From: Gemmatimonadaceae bacterium
GTDB lineage: Bacteria > Gemmatimonadota > Gemmatimonadetes > Gemmatimonadales > Gemmatimonadaceae
DNA length: 10,168 bases
NCBI GenBank assembly: GCA_044224875.1
Contig: JBGAJQ010000094.1
Span: 6,101-16,268, forward strand
Reading direction: 5' to 3'
This document shows positions 1-6,450 of this stretch, piece after piece. Position 1 is the first letter of the stretch. Every line of letters starts with the position of its first letter. A model generated the notes under the pieces. That model saw only the letters and a list, made by a program, of their open reading frames with translations, made no database searches and had not been told where the DNA came from. The position numbers were made by a program, and so were the translations under genes.

Positions 1-2
1 GA

Positions 3-983
3 CTGCGCGCCGGCGCGCAGTCGGTGCGGGGGGTGTCGCTGGCGCTCGCGCGCACCGCCATCGAAAAGCAGGTCGCCATCTTGTCCGATGACTCGGAGCC
101 AAAGGCGAATGGAGAGGCGTTAGGTCGGTCGTCCAAGACTCCGGCGGCAGGGGGCCGCACCGCCGCCTGCGCTCCGCTGGTGGCAGGCGAGGGACGCGTG
201 CTTGGGGTGCTCTATGTCGACAGTGTGACGAGCAATTATCGCATCAGCGAAGAGGACCTCGACTTCCTCGTGGCCTTCGCGGGCATCGCCGCGGTGGCGG
301 TGGACAACGTGCGGTACGCGGAACGCGTGCGCCACGAGTCCACCGTTCGCGCAAACTTCGAGCGCTTCTTCGCTCCCGCCCTGGCTGCCCGCATCGCGGC
401 GTCACCGCACGCCGTGCGACTCGGCGGGGAACGTCGCTCGGTCGCGGTGCTGTTCAGCGATATCCGTGGCTTCACCCAGTTGGCGTCGCAATTGTCGCCT
501 GACGAGACAGCGAGCTTGTTGACGGAGTACTTCACCGAAATGGTCGACTGCGTGTTCCGGCATGGCGGCACGCTGGACAAGTTCATCGGCGACGCCGTCA
601 TGGCGCAGTGGGGCGCGCCGATCAGTGAAGCCGACGATGCGGATCGCGCCTTGGACGCGGCGTTGGACATGATGAGTTGCGTGCAGCGGCTCAACGACGG
701 ATGGCGGAAGCAGCAACGCCCCGAGATCCAAGTGGGCATCGGGCTCAGTTATGGCGAGGCGTTCGCGGGTTTTCTTGGATCCGACCGCCGCCTCGAGTAC
801 ACGCTGATCGGCGACACCGTGAACACCGGGAATCGCATCTGCCGCGCCGCCGAGGGGGGTGAGATTCTCGTGTCGGATGCGTTTCGCGCCGCCCTGACGC
901 GCCCTCGCGCCCTGGTGCAACGCGATCCCCTGTCGCTCCAGGGAAAGGCCGATCCCGTTCGCGTCTATCGCGCGAGCCAATGA
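3..983 (+). CDS. GAF-domain class III adenylate cyclase, 5'-truncated by the window edge
   Basis: Frame is open from position 3, so the true start is probably upstream. GAF C-terminal motif (CAPLV...VLGVLYVDS...EDLDFLVAFAGIAAVAVDN) is followed by class III cyclase motifs VLFSDIRGFT, LDKFIGDAVMA, YTLIGDTVNTGNR and LQGK. Confidence 0.92.
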   Translation: MRAGAQSVRGVSLALARTAIEKQVAILSDDSEPKANGEALGRSSKTPAAGGRTAACAPLVAGEGRVLGVLYVDSVTSNYRISEEDLDFLVAFAGIAAVAVDNVRYAERVRHESTVRANFERFFAPALAARIAASPHAVRLGGERRSVAVLFSDIRGFTQLASQLSPDETASLLTEYFTEMVDCVFRHGGTLDKFIGDAVMAQWGAPISEADDADRALDAALDMMSCVQRLNDGWRKQQRPEIQVGIGLSYGEAFAGFLGSDRRLEYTLIGDTVNTGNRICRAAEGGEILVSDAFRAALTRPRALVQRDPLSLQGKADPVRVYRASQ

Positions 984-1735
984 TCCGACGGATTCCGCCA
1001 GGGTACGTGCGGTTCGAGGTCGGCAAGGTGGAAGCCGTGGCGAACGAAAGCGTGGCCGTAATGATCAAGGAAGCGTTAGGCGCCGGCTCCCTCTATGAGT
1101 ACGCGGCCCGTCACCCGGATCGGCGAGAACTGAACGGCCGGCTGCCGGCGTACGCGGTTCCCCTCCCCAATGGCGGTCCCCAGATCGTGGTGCGTCGCTC
1201 GCACCACGGCGGTCTCCTGGCGAACCTGACGCGCGACCTCTTTCTGACACCTACCCGCGCCCCTTACGAGCTTCTGGCGTCGTTGGTGCTTGGTCGTGCC
1301 GGGATCGCCACGCCCCCGGTGTTGGCGTACGCCATCTATCCGGCTGGTCCGATCCTTCGCCGTTCAGATGTCGCGACGCTGGAAGTGGCCGGCGCGGACC
1401 TCGGCGCCTGGCTGATCGCGCCAGACGCAACAAGCACCGCCGAACGCTGGCTGGGACCAGTGGCCGAGCTGCTCAAGGGGCTGACGCGCGCCGGTGCCTG
1501 GCATCCGGATCTGAACGTGAAGAACATCCTCCTGACAACAGACGACACCGGGGCCGTGCGCGCCTTCCTGCTGGACGTGGACCGCATCGAGTTTCACCTG
1601 CCGGATGACCCGACCGTTCGCGCTGCCAACTTCAATCGACTCGAACGATCATTGCGCAAGTGGCGTTCGCGCGCGGCCACAGCCATCGACGATCACCTGT
1701 TGCGGCAGCTGCGCGACCTCGCGTTCGCCACGTGA
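980..1735 (+). CDS. kdkA: Lipopolysaccharide kinase, Kdo/WaaP family (3-deoxy-D-manno-octulosonic acid kinase-like)
   Basis: Motifs RRSHHGGLL...RDLF, TRAPYEL, HPDLNVKNILL (catalytic loop), LLDVDR and NFNRLERSLRK parallel KdkA. ATG overlaps the cyclase TGA (ATGA, 980-983). Confidence 0.82.
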   Translation: MIRRIPPGYVRFEVGKVEAVANESVAVMIKEALGAGSLYEYAARHPDRRELNGRLPAYAVPLPNGGPQIVVRRSHHGGLLANLTRDLFLTPTRAPYELLASLVLGRAGIATPPVLAYAIYPAGPILRRSDVATLEVAGADLGAWLIAPDATSTAERWLGPVAELLKGLTRAGAWHPDLNVKNILLTTDDTGAVRAFLLDVDRIEFHLPDDPTVRAANFNRLERSLRKWRSRAATAIDDHLLRQLRDLAFAT

Positions 1736-2766
1736 TCGACACACCGCTGGACCGCGTCTGCATCGTGATGATGAGCGCGGTGGGCGACGCGGTGCACGTG
1801 CTCCCAGTGATTACGGCCATCAAGCGGCAACGACCACAGACGCACATCACGTGGGTGTTGCAGCCGGGGCCCGCCACCTTGGTGCGCGGCCACCCGGCCG
1901 TCGACGACATCATCCTCTTCGATCGCTCGCTGGGCTGGCGAGCGTTTGCGCAGGTGCGCCAGGAACTGGCGGCGCGCCGCTTCGACGTCGTCCTCGCCCT
2001 GCAGGTCTACTTCAAGGCCGGAATCGTCACCGCCATGACGCACGCGCCGATCAAGCTCGGTTTCGACCGCGTGCGCGCGCGTGACCTGAACTGGATCTTC
2101 ACGACGCACCGCATTCCGCCGCATCCGGCCGGCCAGCACGTGCAAGACCAGTACTTCGAGTTCCTCACGGCGTTAGGCATTCCCAGCGAGCCCGTTGACT
2201 GGAACCTGGGCCCATGGGAGTCGGAGCGGCGCTGGCAACAGGAGTTCTTCTCCGGCTTCTCCAGGCCAGCAGCGGCGATCGTCGTGGCCACCAGCAAACC
2301 GCAGAAGGATTGGGCGCCTGAGCACTGGGCCCAGGTCGTCGATGCGCTCCACGCCGACTTTGACCTGCAACCCGTGCTGGTCGGCGGCCGATCGCCACGG
2401 GAGTTGCATGCCGAGCAAGTCATCATGGCACGCGCGGTACACAAACCCGTCTCAGCCCTCGGCAGCGGGCTTCGGCCACTGGTCTCGATCCTGGATGGTT
2501 CCGCGCTCGTCCTCGCCCCGGATACCGGACCGCTCCACATGGCAGTCGCGCTGAACCGACCAGTCGTCAGCCTCATCGGCTATACGAACCCAAAACGCAC
2601 CGGACCCTACCGGAGGTTCCACGACCTGATCGTCGATGCCTACGGGAATCCCGGCGAGGACTATCCGATCTCAATGGAAAATCGACCGGATCGCATGAAC
2701 AGAATCACGGTTCGCGACGTACTAGAGAAGGTCGAACGGTGGCGAAGGGTCTATGCGCATCCTTGA
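1732..2766 (+). CDS. Glycosyltransferase family 9, LPS heptosyltransferase (OpsX-like)
   Basis: SAVGDAVH, ITWV, FDVVLALQ, KDW, PDTGPLHMAVAL, NPKRTGPY. Start placed at GTG 1732, overlapping the kinase TGA (GTGA, 1732-1735), rather than the ORF-track start at 1660. Confidence 0.9.
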   Translation: MIDTPLDRVCIVMMSAVGDAVHVLPVITAIKRQRPQTHITWVLQPGPATLVRGHPAVDDIILFDRSLGWRAFAQVRQELAARRFDVVLALQVYFKAGIVTAMTHAPIKLGFDRVRARDLNWIFTTHRIPPHPAGQHVQDQYFEFLTALGIPSEPVDWNLGPWESERRWQQEFFSGFSRPAAAIVVATSKPQKDWAPEHWAQVVDALHADFDLQPVLVGGRSPRELHAEQVIMARAVHKPVSALGSGLRPLVSILDGSALVLAPDTGPLHMAVALNRPVVSLIGYTNPKRTGPYRRFHDLIVDAYGNPGEDYPISMENRPDRMNRITVRDVLEKVERWRRVYAHP

Positions 2767-2801
2767 ATACCTTGGTCGCCGAAGGCATTTCCTCCCCCCG
2801 A

Positions 2802-2807
2802 TAGGAT
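2802..2807 (+). promoter_or_regulatory. Possible sigma70 -10 element (TAGGAT) for the Spy/CpxP-like gene
   Basis: TAnnnT hexamer 31 nt upstream of the ATG in the intergenic gap. No convincing -35. Confidence 0.3.
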
Positions 2808-2838
2808 TCACTGCACGAACACGTTTTGGAGACGACGA

Positions 2839-3216
2839 ATGAAGAAAATGTTGCTGGCCGCGGTCGCTTGCCTCACGGTCATGACGGTTGCCCCTGCCGC
2901 TCGCGCACAGGGCGGTGGTGGACAAGGACGCGGGCGAATGACGGAGATGCTCTTCAAGGACATCACGCTCACCGACGCTCAGAAGACCAAGTCGGATTCC
3001 ATCATCGCCCACTATCGCGAAATGATGGGGCCGATGGGCGGTGGCGCCATGGGTAGCCCGCCAGACTCCGCAGCGATGGCCAAGCGTCGCGAGCTGATGA
3101 TGAAGCAGCAGACCGACCTCCGCGGCATCTTGAACGCCGAGCAACAGAAGGTCTTCGACAAGAACACTGCCGAGATGCGCGAACGCATGGGACAGCGAAG
3201 ACCTCAGGGTCGTTAG
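2839..3216 (+). CDS. Secreted LTXXQ-motif protein, Spy/CpxP-like periplasmic protein
   Basis: GGAG RBS at 2828-2831. Sec signal peptide (MKKMLLAAVACLTVMTVAPAARA|Q). Two LTXXQ-like motifs (LTDAQK, LNAEQQ) in a helical Met/Gln/Arg-rich body. Confidence 0.8.
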   Translation: MKKMLLAAVACLTVMTVAPAARAQGGGGQGRGRMTEMLFKDITLTDAQKTKSDSIIAHYREMMGPMGGGAMGSPPDSAAMAKRRELMMKQQTDLRGILNAEQQKVFDKNTAEMRERMGQRRPQGR

Positions 3217-3246
3217 CCGAACCGCAAGCGCGCGAACCACATTCGC

Positions 3247-3277
3247 CGGCCGGTCCGAACCTTGGACCGGCCGCTTT
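3247..3277. terminator. Intrinsic terminator hairpin between convergent genes
   Basis: Perfect 10-bp stem CGGCCGGTCC (3247-3256) / GGACCGGCCG (3264-3273) followed by CTTT on +. Lies between the stops at 3216 and 3282. Confidence 0.8.
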
Positions 3278-3281
3278 GTCG

Positions 3282-3878
3282 TTAGGCGTGGTAGAGTCGG
3301 CCGAAATCGTATCCGATGCCAGACGCACGAAGGAGGTAGACCAAACGCCCCAGTGCGAGACCCATTACCGCAAAGTAGTCCCCGTGCACACGCTCCACGA
3401 GCGTGGCGCCATACCCTTGGATTCCGTACGCCCCCGCCTTGTCCATGGGCTCTCGTGTGGCGACGTAGGATGCAATCTGTTCATCGCTCAGCTGGCGGAA
3501 CGTGACCTCGACGGACTCTACGGACGCTCGTATCTGCCCGCGGTACGCCACCGCCACCGCCGTATGGACGGTGTGCGTTCGACCGCTCAGACGGCGCAGG
3601 ATTCGCGTGGCGTCCGTGGCATCGTCTGGCTTCCCCAGGATCTCTCCGTCCAATACCACAATCGTGTCCGATCCGATAACCGCAACGTCAGGCTGGTTAT
3701 GGGCGATCTTGGCGGCCTTCGACCGCGCCAGCCGCTCGGCGGTGGCCACAGGGGACTCGTCAGGCAGCTCGGACTCGTCGACGTCCGCTGGCATGACCTC
3801 GTGCGAGATACCGATCAGCGTCAGCAGCTCTCGGCGCCGAGGCGACTGCGATGCCAGGATCACACGGGGAGCGGTCAT
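3282..3878 (-). CDS. maf: Maf family nucleoside triphosphate pyrophosphatase (YhdE-type, dTTP/UTP)
   Basis: ILASQSPRRRELL, IGSDTIV, LGKP, DKAGAYGIQG, with R/T/Q specificity residues of the YhdE subtype. ATG 3878 overlaps the dtd TGA (ATGA). Confidence 0.95.
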   Translation of the reverse strand: MTAPRVILASQSPRRRELLTLIGISHEVMPADVDESELPDESPVATAERLARSKAAKIAHNQPDVAVIGSDTIVVLDGEILGKPDDATDATRILRRLSGRTHTVHTAVAVAYRGQIRASVESVEVTFRQLSDEQIASYVATREPMDKAGAYGIQGYGATLVERVHGDYFAVMGLALGRLVYLLRASGIGYDFGRLYHA

Positions 3879-4330
3879 CGTTCCAGCCACAACGTCACGG
3901 GGCCGTCGTTCACCAGCTCCACCTCCATCATCGCGCCAAACTCGCCAGTCTCCACGGCGATGCCACGCGCTCGGATTTGGTCGATGAACTGCTCGTATAG
4001 GGGAATCGCCACGTCCGGCCTGGCGGCGTCGATGAAGCTGGGCCGCCTCCCCTTCTGTGCGTCACCGTACAGGGTGAACTGCGACACGACGAGGACTGAT
4101 CCACCAACGTCCTCCAAGGAGAGATTCATTTTGTCATCGGCATCGGGGAATACGCGAAGCCCAATGACCTTGTCCACCATCCACGAGAGTTGGTCGGTGC
4201 CATCGGTATGGGTGAACCCAACCAAAAGCACAAATCCCTTGGCAATCTCCCCTGTCAGGCGTGACGCCCCGTCACGGGACTCCCGCACGCGCACCGCCGC
4301 ACGCGCCACGCGTTGAACGAGCACTCGCAT
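3875..4330 (-). CDS. dtd: D-aminoacyl-tRNA deacylase
   Basis: MRVLVQRV N-terminus, SQFTL and NDGPVT signature motifs. Start at ATG 4330. Confidence 0.97.
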   Translation of the reverse strand: MRVLVQRVARAAVRVRESRDGASRLTGEIAKGFVLLVGFTHTDGTDQLSWMVDKVIGLRVFPDADDKMNLSLEDVGGSVLVVSQFTLYGDAQKGRRPSFIDAARPDVAIPLYEQFIDQIRARGIAVETGEFGAMMEVELVNDGPVTLWLER

Positions 4331-4383
4331 GGCGCGGAAGGTAATTGCGCTTCCCACCGAGCGCGAACGCAGGATGCCTAACT

Positions 4384-4414
4384 GCCCCGCACGACTCAGG
4401 ACGTCGTGCGGGGC
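4384..4414. terminator. GC-rich hairpin, probable terminator of the ars operon
   Basis: Perfect 12-bp stem GCCCCGCACGAC (4384-4395) / GTCGTGCGGGGC (4403-4414) with a 7-nt loop, 9 nt after the arsM stop. The U-tract is weak. Confidence 0.7.
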
Positions 4415-4423
4415 GAGTTCACG

Positions 4424-5332
4424 TCAGGCAACTGGCTTCTTCGCGCGAACAAACGCGCTCATCACCTTCCCGTCCACTTGAGCGACGAGCGGATGCTCCT
4501 TGAGCCCCGCTGACACCAACAGCGCCTCGGCATCGGCTGCTGTGTACACACGTGTGGGCTCGACGTCCACGTCCGTGAAGCCAGCCTCCGACAGCAGCGT
4601 CCGGTACTCGCTCTCCAGCAACGCACCCGACACGCAGCCCGTCCATAGCGCCACGCTGTTGGCGACACTGGTCGGCAGCGGCGCCGTCAGCACGACGTCG
4701 GACACGGCAAACCGCCCGCCCGGACGCAGCACACGAAACGCCTCTCGGATGACCTGTGGCTTGTCACCCGACAGGTTGATGACGCAGTTGGAAATGATCA
4801 CATCGACCGAGCTCGATGGCAGTGGAATGTGCTCGATCTCGCCCTTGAGAAATACCACGTTGTCGAGCCCTGCCCTCTTCTGGTTCTCGTTGGCGAGCGC
4901 GAGCATGGCGTCGGTCATGTCGAGTCCGTAGGCGCGCCCCTTGGGGCCAACGCGTCGCGCAGAGAGCAGGACGTCGATGCCGCCCCCAGATCCAAGGTCG
5001 AGGACCGTCTCGCCCTCATGGAGTTCGGCGAGTGCCGTGGGATTGCCGCATCCCAAGGATGCAAGAAGGGCCTCGGCGGGAAGTCCTTCAGTTTGTCCGG
5101 CGTCGTAAAGATCGGACGTAATCGGATCCCATGTGGCTTCCTTGTCGGAGCAGGCGGTCGTACCGCAGCCGCAGGTAGCTGCCTTGCCCTCGGCAGCGCG
5201 GGCGGCCGCCGCGGAATATCGATCGCGCACGGTCGCGCGAACGGCGTCAACAGAGGAGCGCACAAGGGTCGTCGTGGTCGCATCGCCACCGCAGCAATCG
5301 GGGCCACAGCAGGCATTGGTCTTGTCTGTCAT
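4424..5332 (-). CDS. arsM: Arsenite S-adenosylmethionine methyltransferase
   Basis: SLGCGNP, VLDLGSGGGID (SAM motif I), GLDMT, IISNCVINL, WTGCVSGAL. GGAG RBS at 5344-5347. ATG 5332 overlaps the upstream TGA (ATGA). Confidence 0.95.
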   Translation of the reverse strand: MTDKTNACCGPDCCGGDATTTTLVRSSVDAVRATVRDRYSAAAARAAEGKAATCGCGTTACSDKEATWDPITSDLYDAGQTEGLPAEALLASLGCGNPTALAELHEGETVLDLGSGGGIDVLLSARRVGPKGRAYGLDMTDAMLALANENQKRAGLDNVVFLKGEIEHIPLPSSSVDVIISNCVINLSGDKPQVIREAFRVLRPGGRFAVSDVVLTAPLPTSVANSVALWTGCVSGALLESEYRTLLSEAGFTDVDVEPTRVYTAADAEALLVSAGLKEHPLVAQVDGKVMSAFVRAKKPVA

Positions 5333-5796
5333 TGCGTAGTCGTCTCCGTGAGTTGCAACCGCATGAAGGTGGCGCTGGCCGGACACGCGTCGGCGAATTC
5401 ACGCGAGTGCCTGACGCCGTCCGGTGCCTCGGTGCGCGAGACTTGAACGAATCCAAATCGTGGGAAGTAGTCCGCCGCCGTGGTGGTCAACAGGTAAATC
5501 GCTCGGAGCTGACGGCGGCGCGCCCAGGCGATGCGATCGAGCGTGAGCGCATTCCCAATCCCGAACGCACGATAGGCGGGGTCGACAGCTGCCGAGCGCA
5601 GTAAGCCGTCGTCGCCATACCGTTCGATTCCTTCGACGCCGACGAGCCGTTCGTTTGCCAGGGCAACGGCGTAGTTGTCCCCGAACTGCTCGTCCAACCC
5701 ATCGAGTGGAAGGCTGGCGCGCAGCAAGAGGTCGCGCACGTGCTCAACGTCCGCCGGTCGGGCGTCCCGCAATTGGATGGTCGTGTTGGCGTCCAT
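5329..5796 (-). CDS. arsN2: Arsenic-resistance-associated GNAT N-acetyltransferase (ArsN2-like)
   Basis: LP.DG, GLLRSAAVDPAYRAFGIG (acetyl-CoA motif A), IYLLTTTAADYFPRFGF, and C-terminal SREFADACPASATFM typical of ArsN2. GGAGG RBS just before ATG 5796. Confidence 0.88.
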   Translation of the reverse strand: MDANTTIQLRDARPADVEHVRDLLLRASLPLDGLDEQFGDNYAVALANERLVGVEGIERYGDDGLLRSAAVDPAYRAFGIGNALTLDRIAWARRRQLRAIYLLTTTAADYFPRFGFVQVSRTEAPDGVRHSREFADACPASATFMRLQLTETTTQ

Positions 5797-5830
5797 GGTC
5801 CTCCGGTTGTGTGCGCGAGCGATCAGCGAG

Positions 5831-5998
5831 TCATGGTCGGGGTGCGTATGGCGCCTTGGTGACACAGTCCGCCACGCGATCGCTCGGACAGTAGACCGTC
5901 GGCTTCAACTGCAGCACCCATGTCGGCTCACCACGCCCCTCGAGCGCCGATGTCTCGGACCCCCACTCGGTCATCTGGCTGTATTCCTGAGTTGTCAT
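5831..5998 (-). CDS. Small hypothetical protein, 55 aa, two Cys (alternative start 5974, 47 aa)
   Basis: Fills the arsR-arsN2 gap on the operon strand. 41 of 55 codons end in G/C by hand count. AGGA lies upstream of the second ATG. No recognisable family. Confidence 0.5.
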   Translation of the reverse strand: MTTQEYSQMTEWGSETSALEGRGEPTWVLQLKPTVYCPSDRVADCVTKAPYAPRP

Positions 5999-6002
5999 GT
6001 GC

Positions 6003-6028
6003 AATACATCGATACTCGTCGATACATT
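6003..6028. promoter_or_regulatory. Second ArsR-type operator (imperfect inverted repeat)
   Basis: AATACATCGAT-ACTC-GTCGATACATT. 6016-6027 is the exact reverse complement of 6428-6439 in the arsR promoter. Confidence 0.75.
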
Positions 6029-6042
6029 CGGGAAAATAAAAA

Positions 6043-6408
6043 CTAGACCAGCGACTCGAGTTCGCCTGCAATGCGTGCACGGACCGCGTCCAGCGCCGCT
6101 CGGTTCACGCGGTAATACGCCCACAGTCCGCTCTTTTCGCTGTCCACCAATCCGGCTTCGCGCAACAGCCGCAGGTGGTGCGAGACCGTCGGCTGCTTGA
6201 CCGTCACCGCGGCCTCCAGGTCGCACACGCACACGCGACCTTCGTTTCGCGCCAACACGTCCAACAACTGCAATCGGATCGGATGCGCCAGGATGGCAAA
6301 GTCCTCGGCCAGCCGCTGCGCGTCACGTTCGCCGATTCGCGGCCTTGCGGATCGATCGCAGCACCGCTCACCGACCTTTCGGTCGAGGACCTCGAGCACT
6401 TTTGGCAT
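6043..6408 (-). CDS. arsR: ArsR/SmtB family metalloregulatory repressor
   Basis: LAHPIRLQLL, RVCVCDL (alpha3 site), QPTVSHHLRLLREAGLV HTH, GLWAYY wing. Lies upstream of arsN2-arsM. Confidence 0.95.
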   Translation of the reverse strand: MPKVLEVLDRKVGERCCDRSARPRIGERDAQRLAEDFAILAHPIRLQLLDVLARNEGRVCVCDLEAAVTVKQPTVSHHLRLLREAGLVDSEKSGLWAYYRVNRAALDAVRARIAGELESLV

Positions 6409-6417
6409 CGTATCTCG

Positions 6418-6446
6418 AGTCTACATCATGTATCGACGATTGTCAA
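6418..6446 (-). promoter_or_regulatory. Sigma70 promoter of arsR
   Basis: On the - strand, TTGACA (6446-6441), a 17-nt spacer and TAGACT (6423-6418), ending 9 nt before the arsR ATG. Confidence 0.85.
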
Positions 6447-6450
6447 TATA
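6428..6450. promoter_or_regulatory. ArsR-type operator overlapping the -35 box
   Basis: TGTATCGAC-GATT-GTCAATATA dyad (7 of 9 symmetric) covering the -35 box and spacer, as expected for an autoregulated ArsR. Confidence 0.8.

Noticed and set aside
3276..4316. 346-aa + strand ORF spanning maf and dtd
   Set aside because: Antisense to two well-supported genes, with no domain features or RBS.
5333..5386. Longer ORF-track starts for arsM (5386), and similarly arsN2 (5865), dtd (4357), maf (3890) and GT9 (1660)
   Set aside because: The extensions overlap neighbouring genes or precede clear RBS or stop-start overlaps. The shorter starts fit family N-termini.
5999..6028. Antisense promoter into arsR (TACATT at 6023-6028 on +)
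   Set aside because: The hexamer is part of the operator dyad and has only a poor -35, so there is no independent support.
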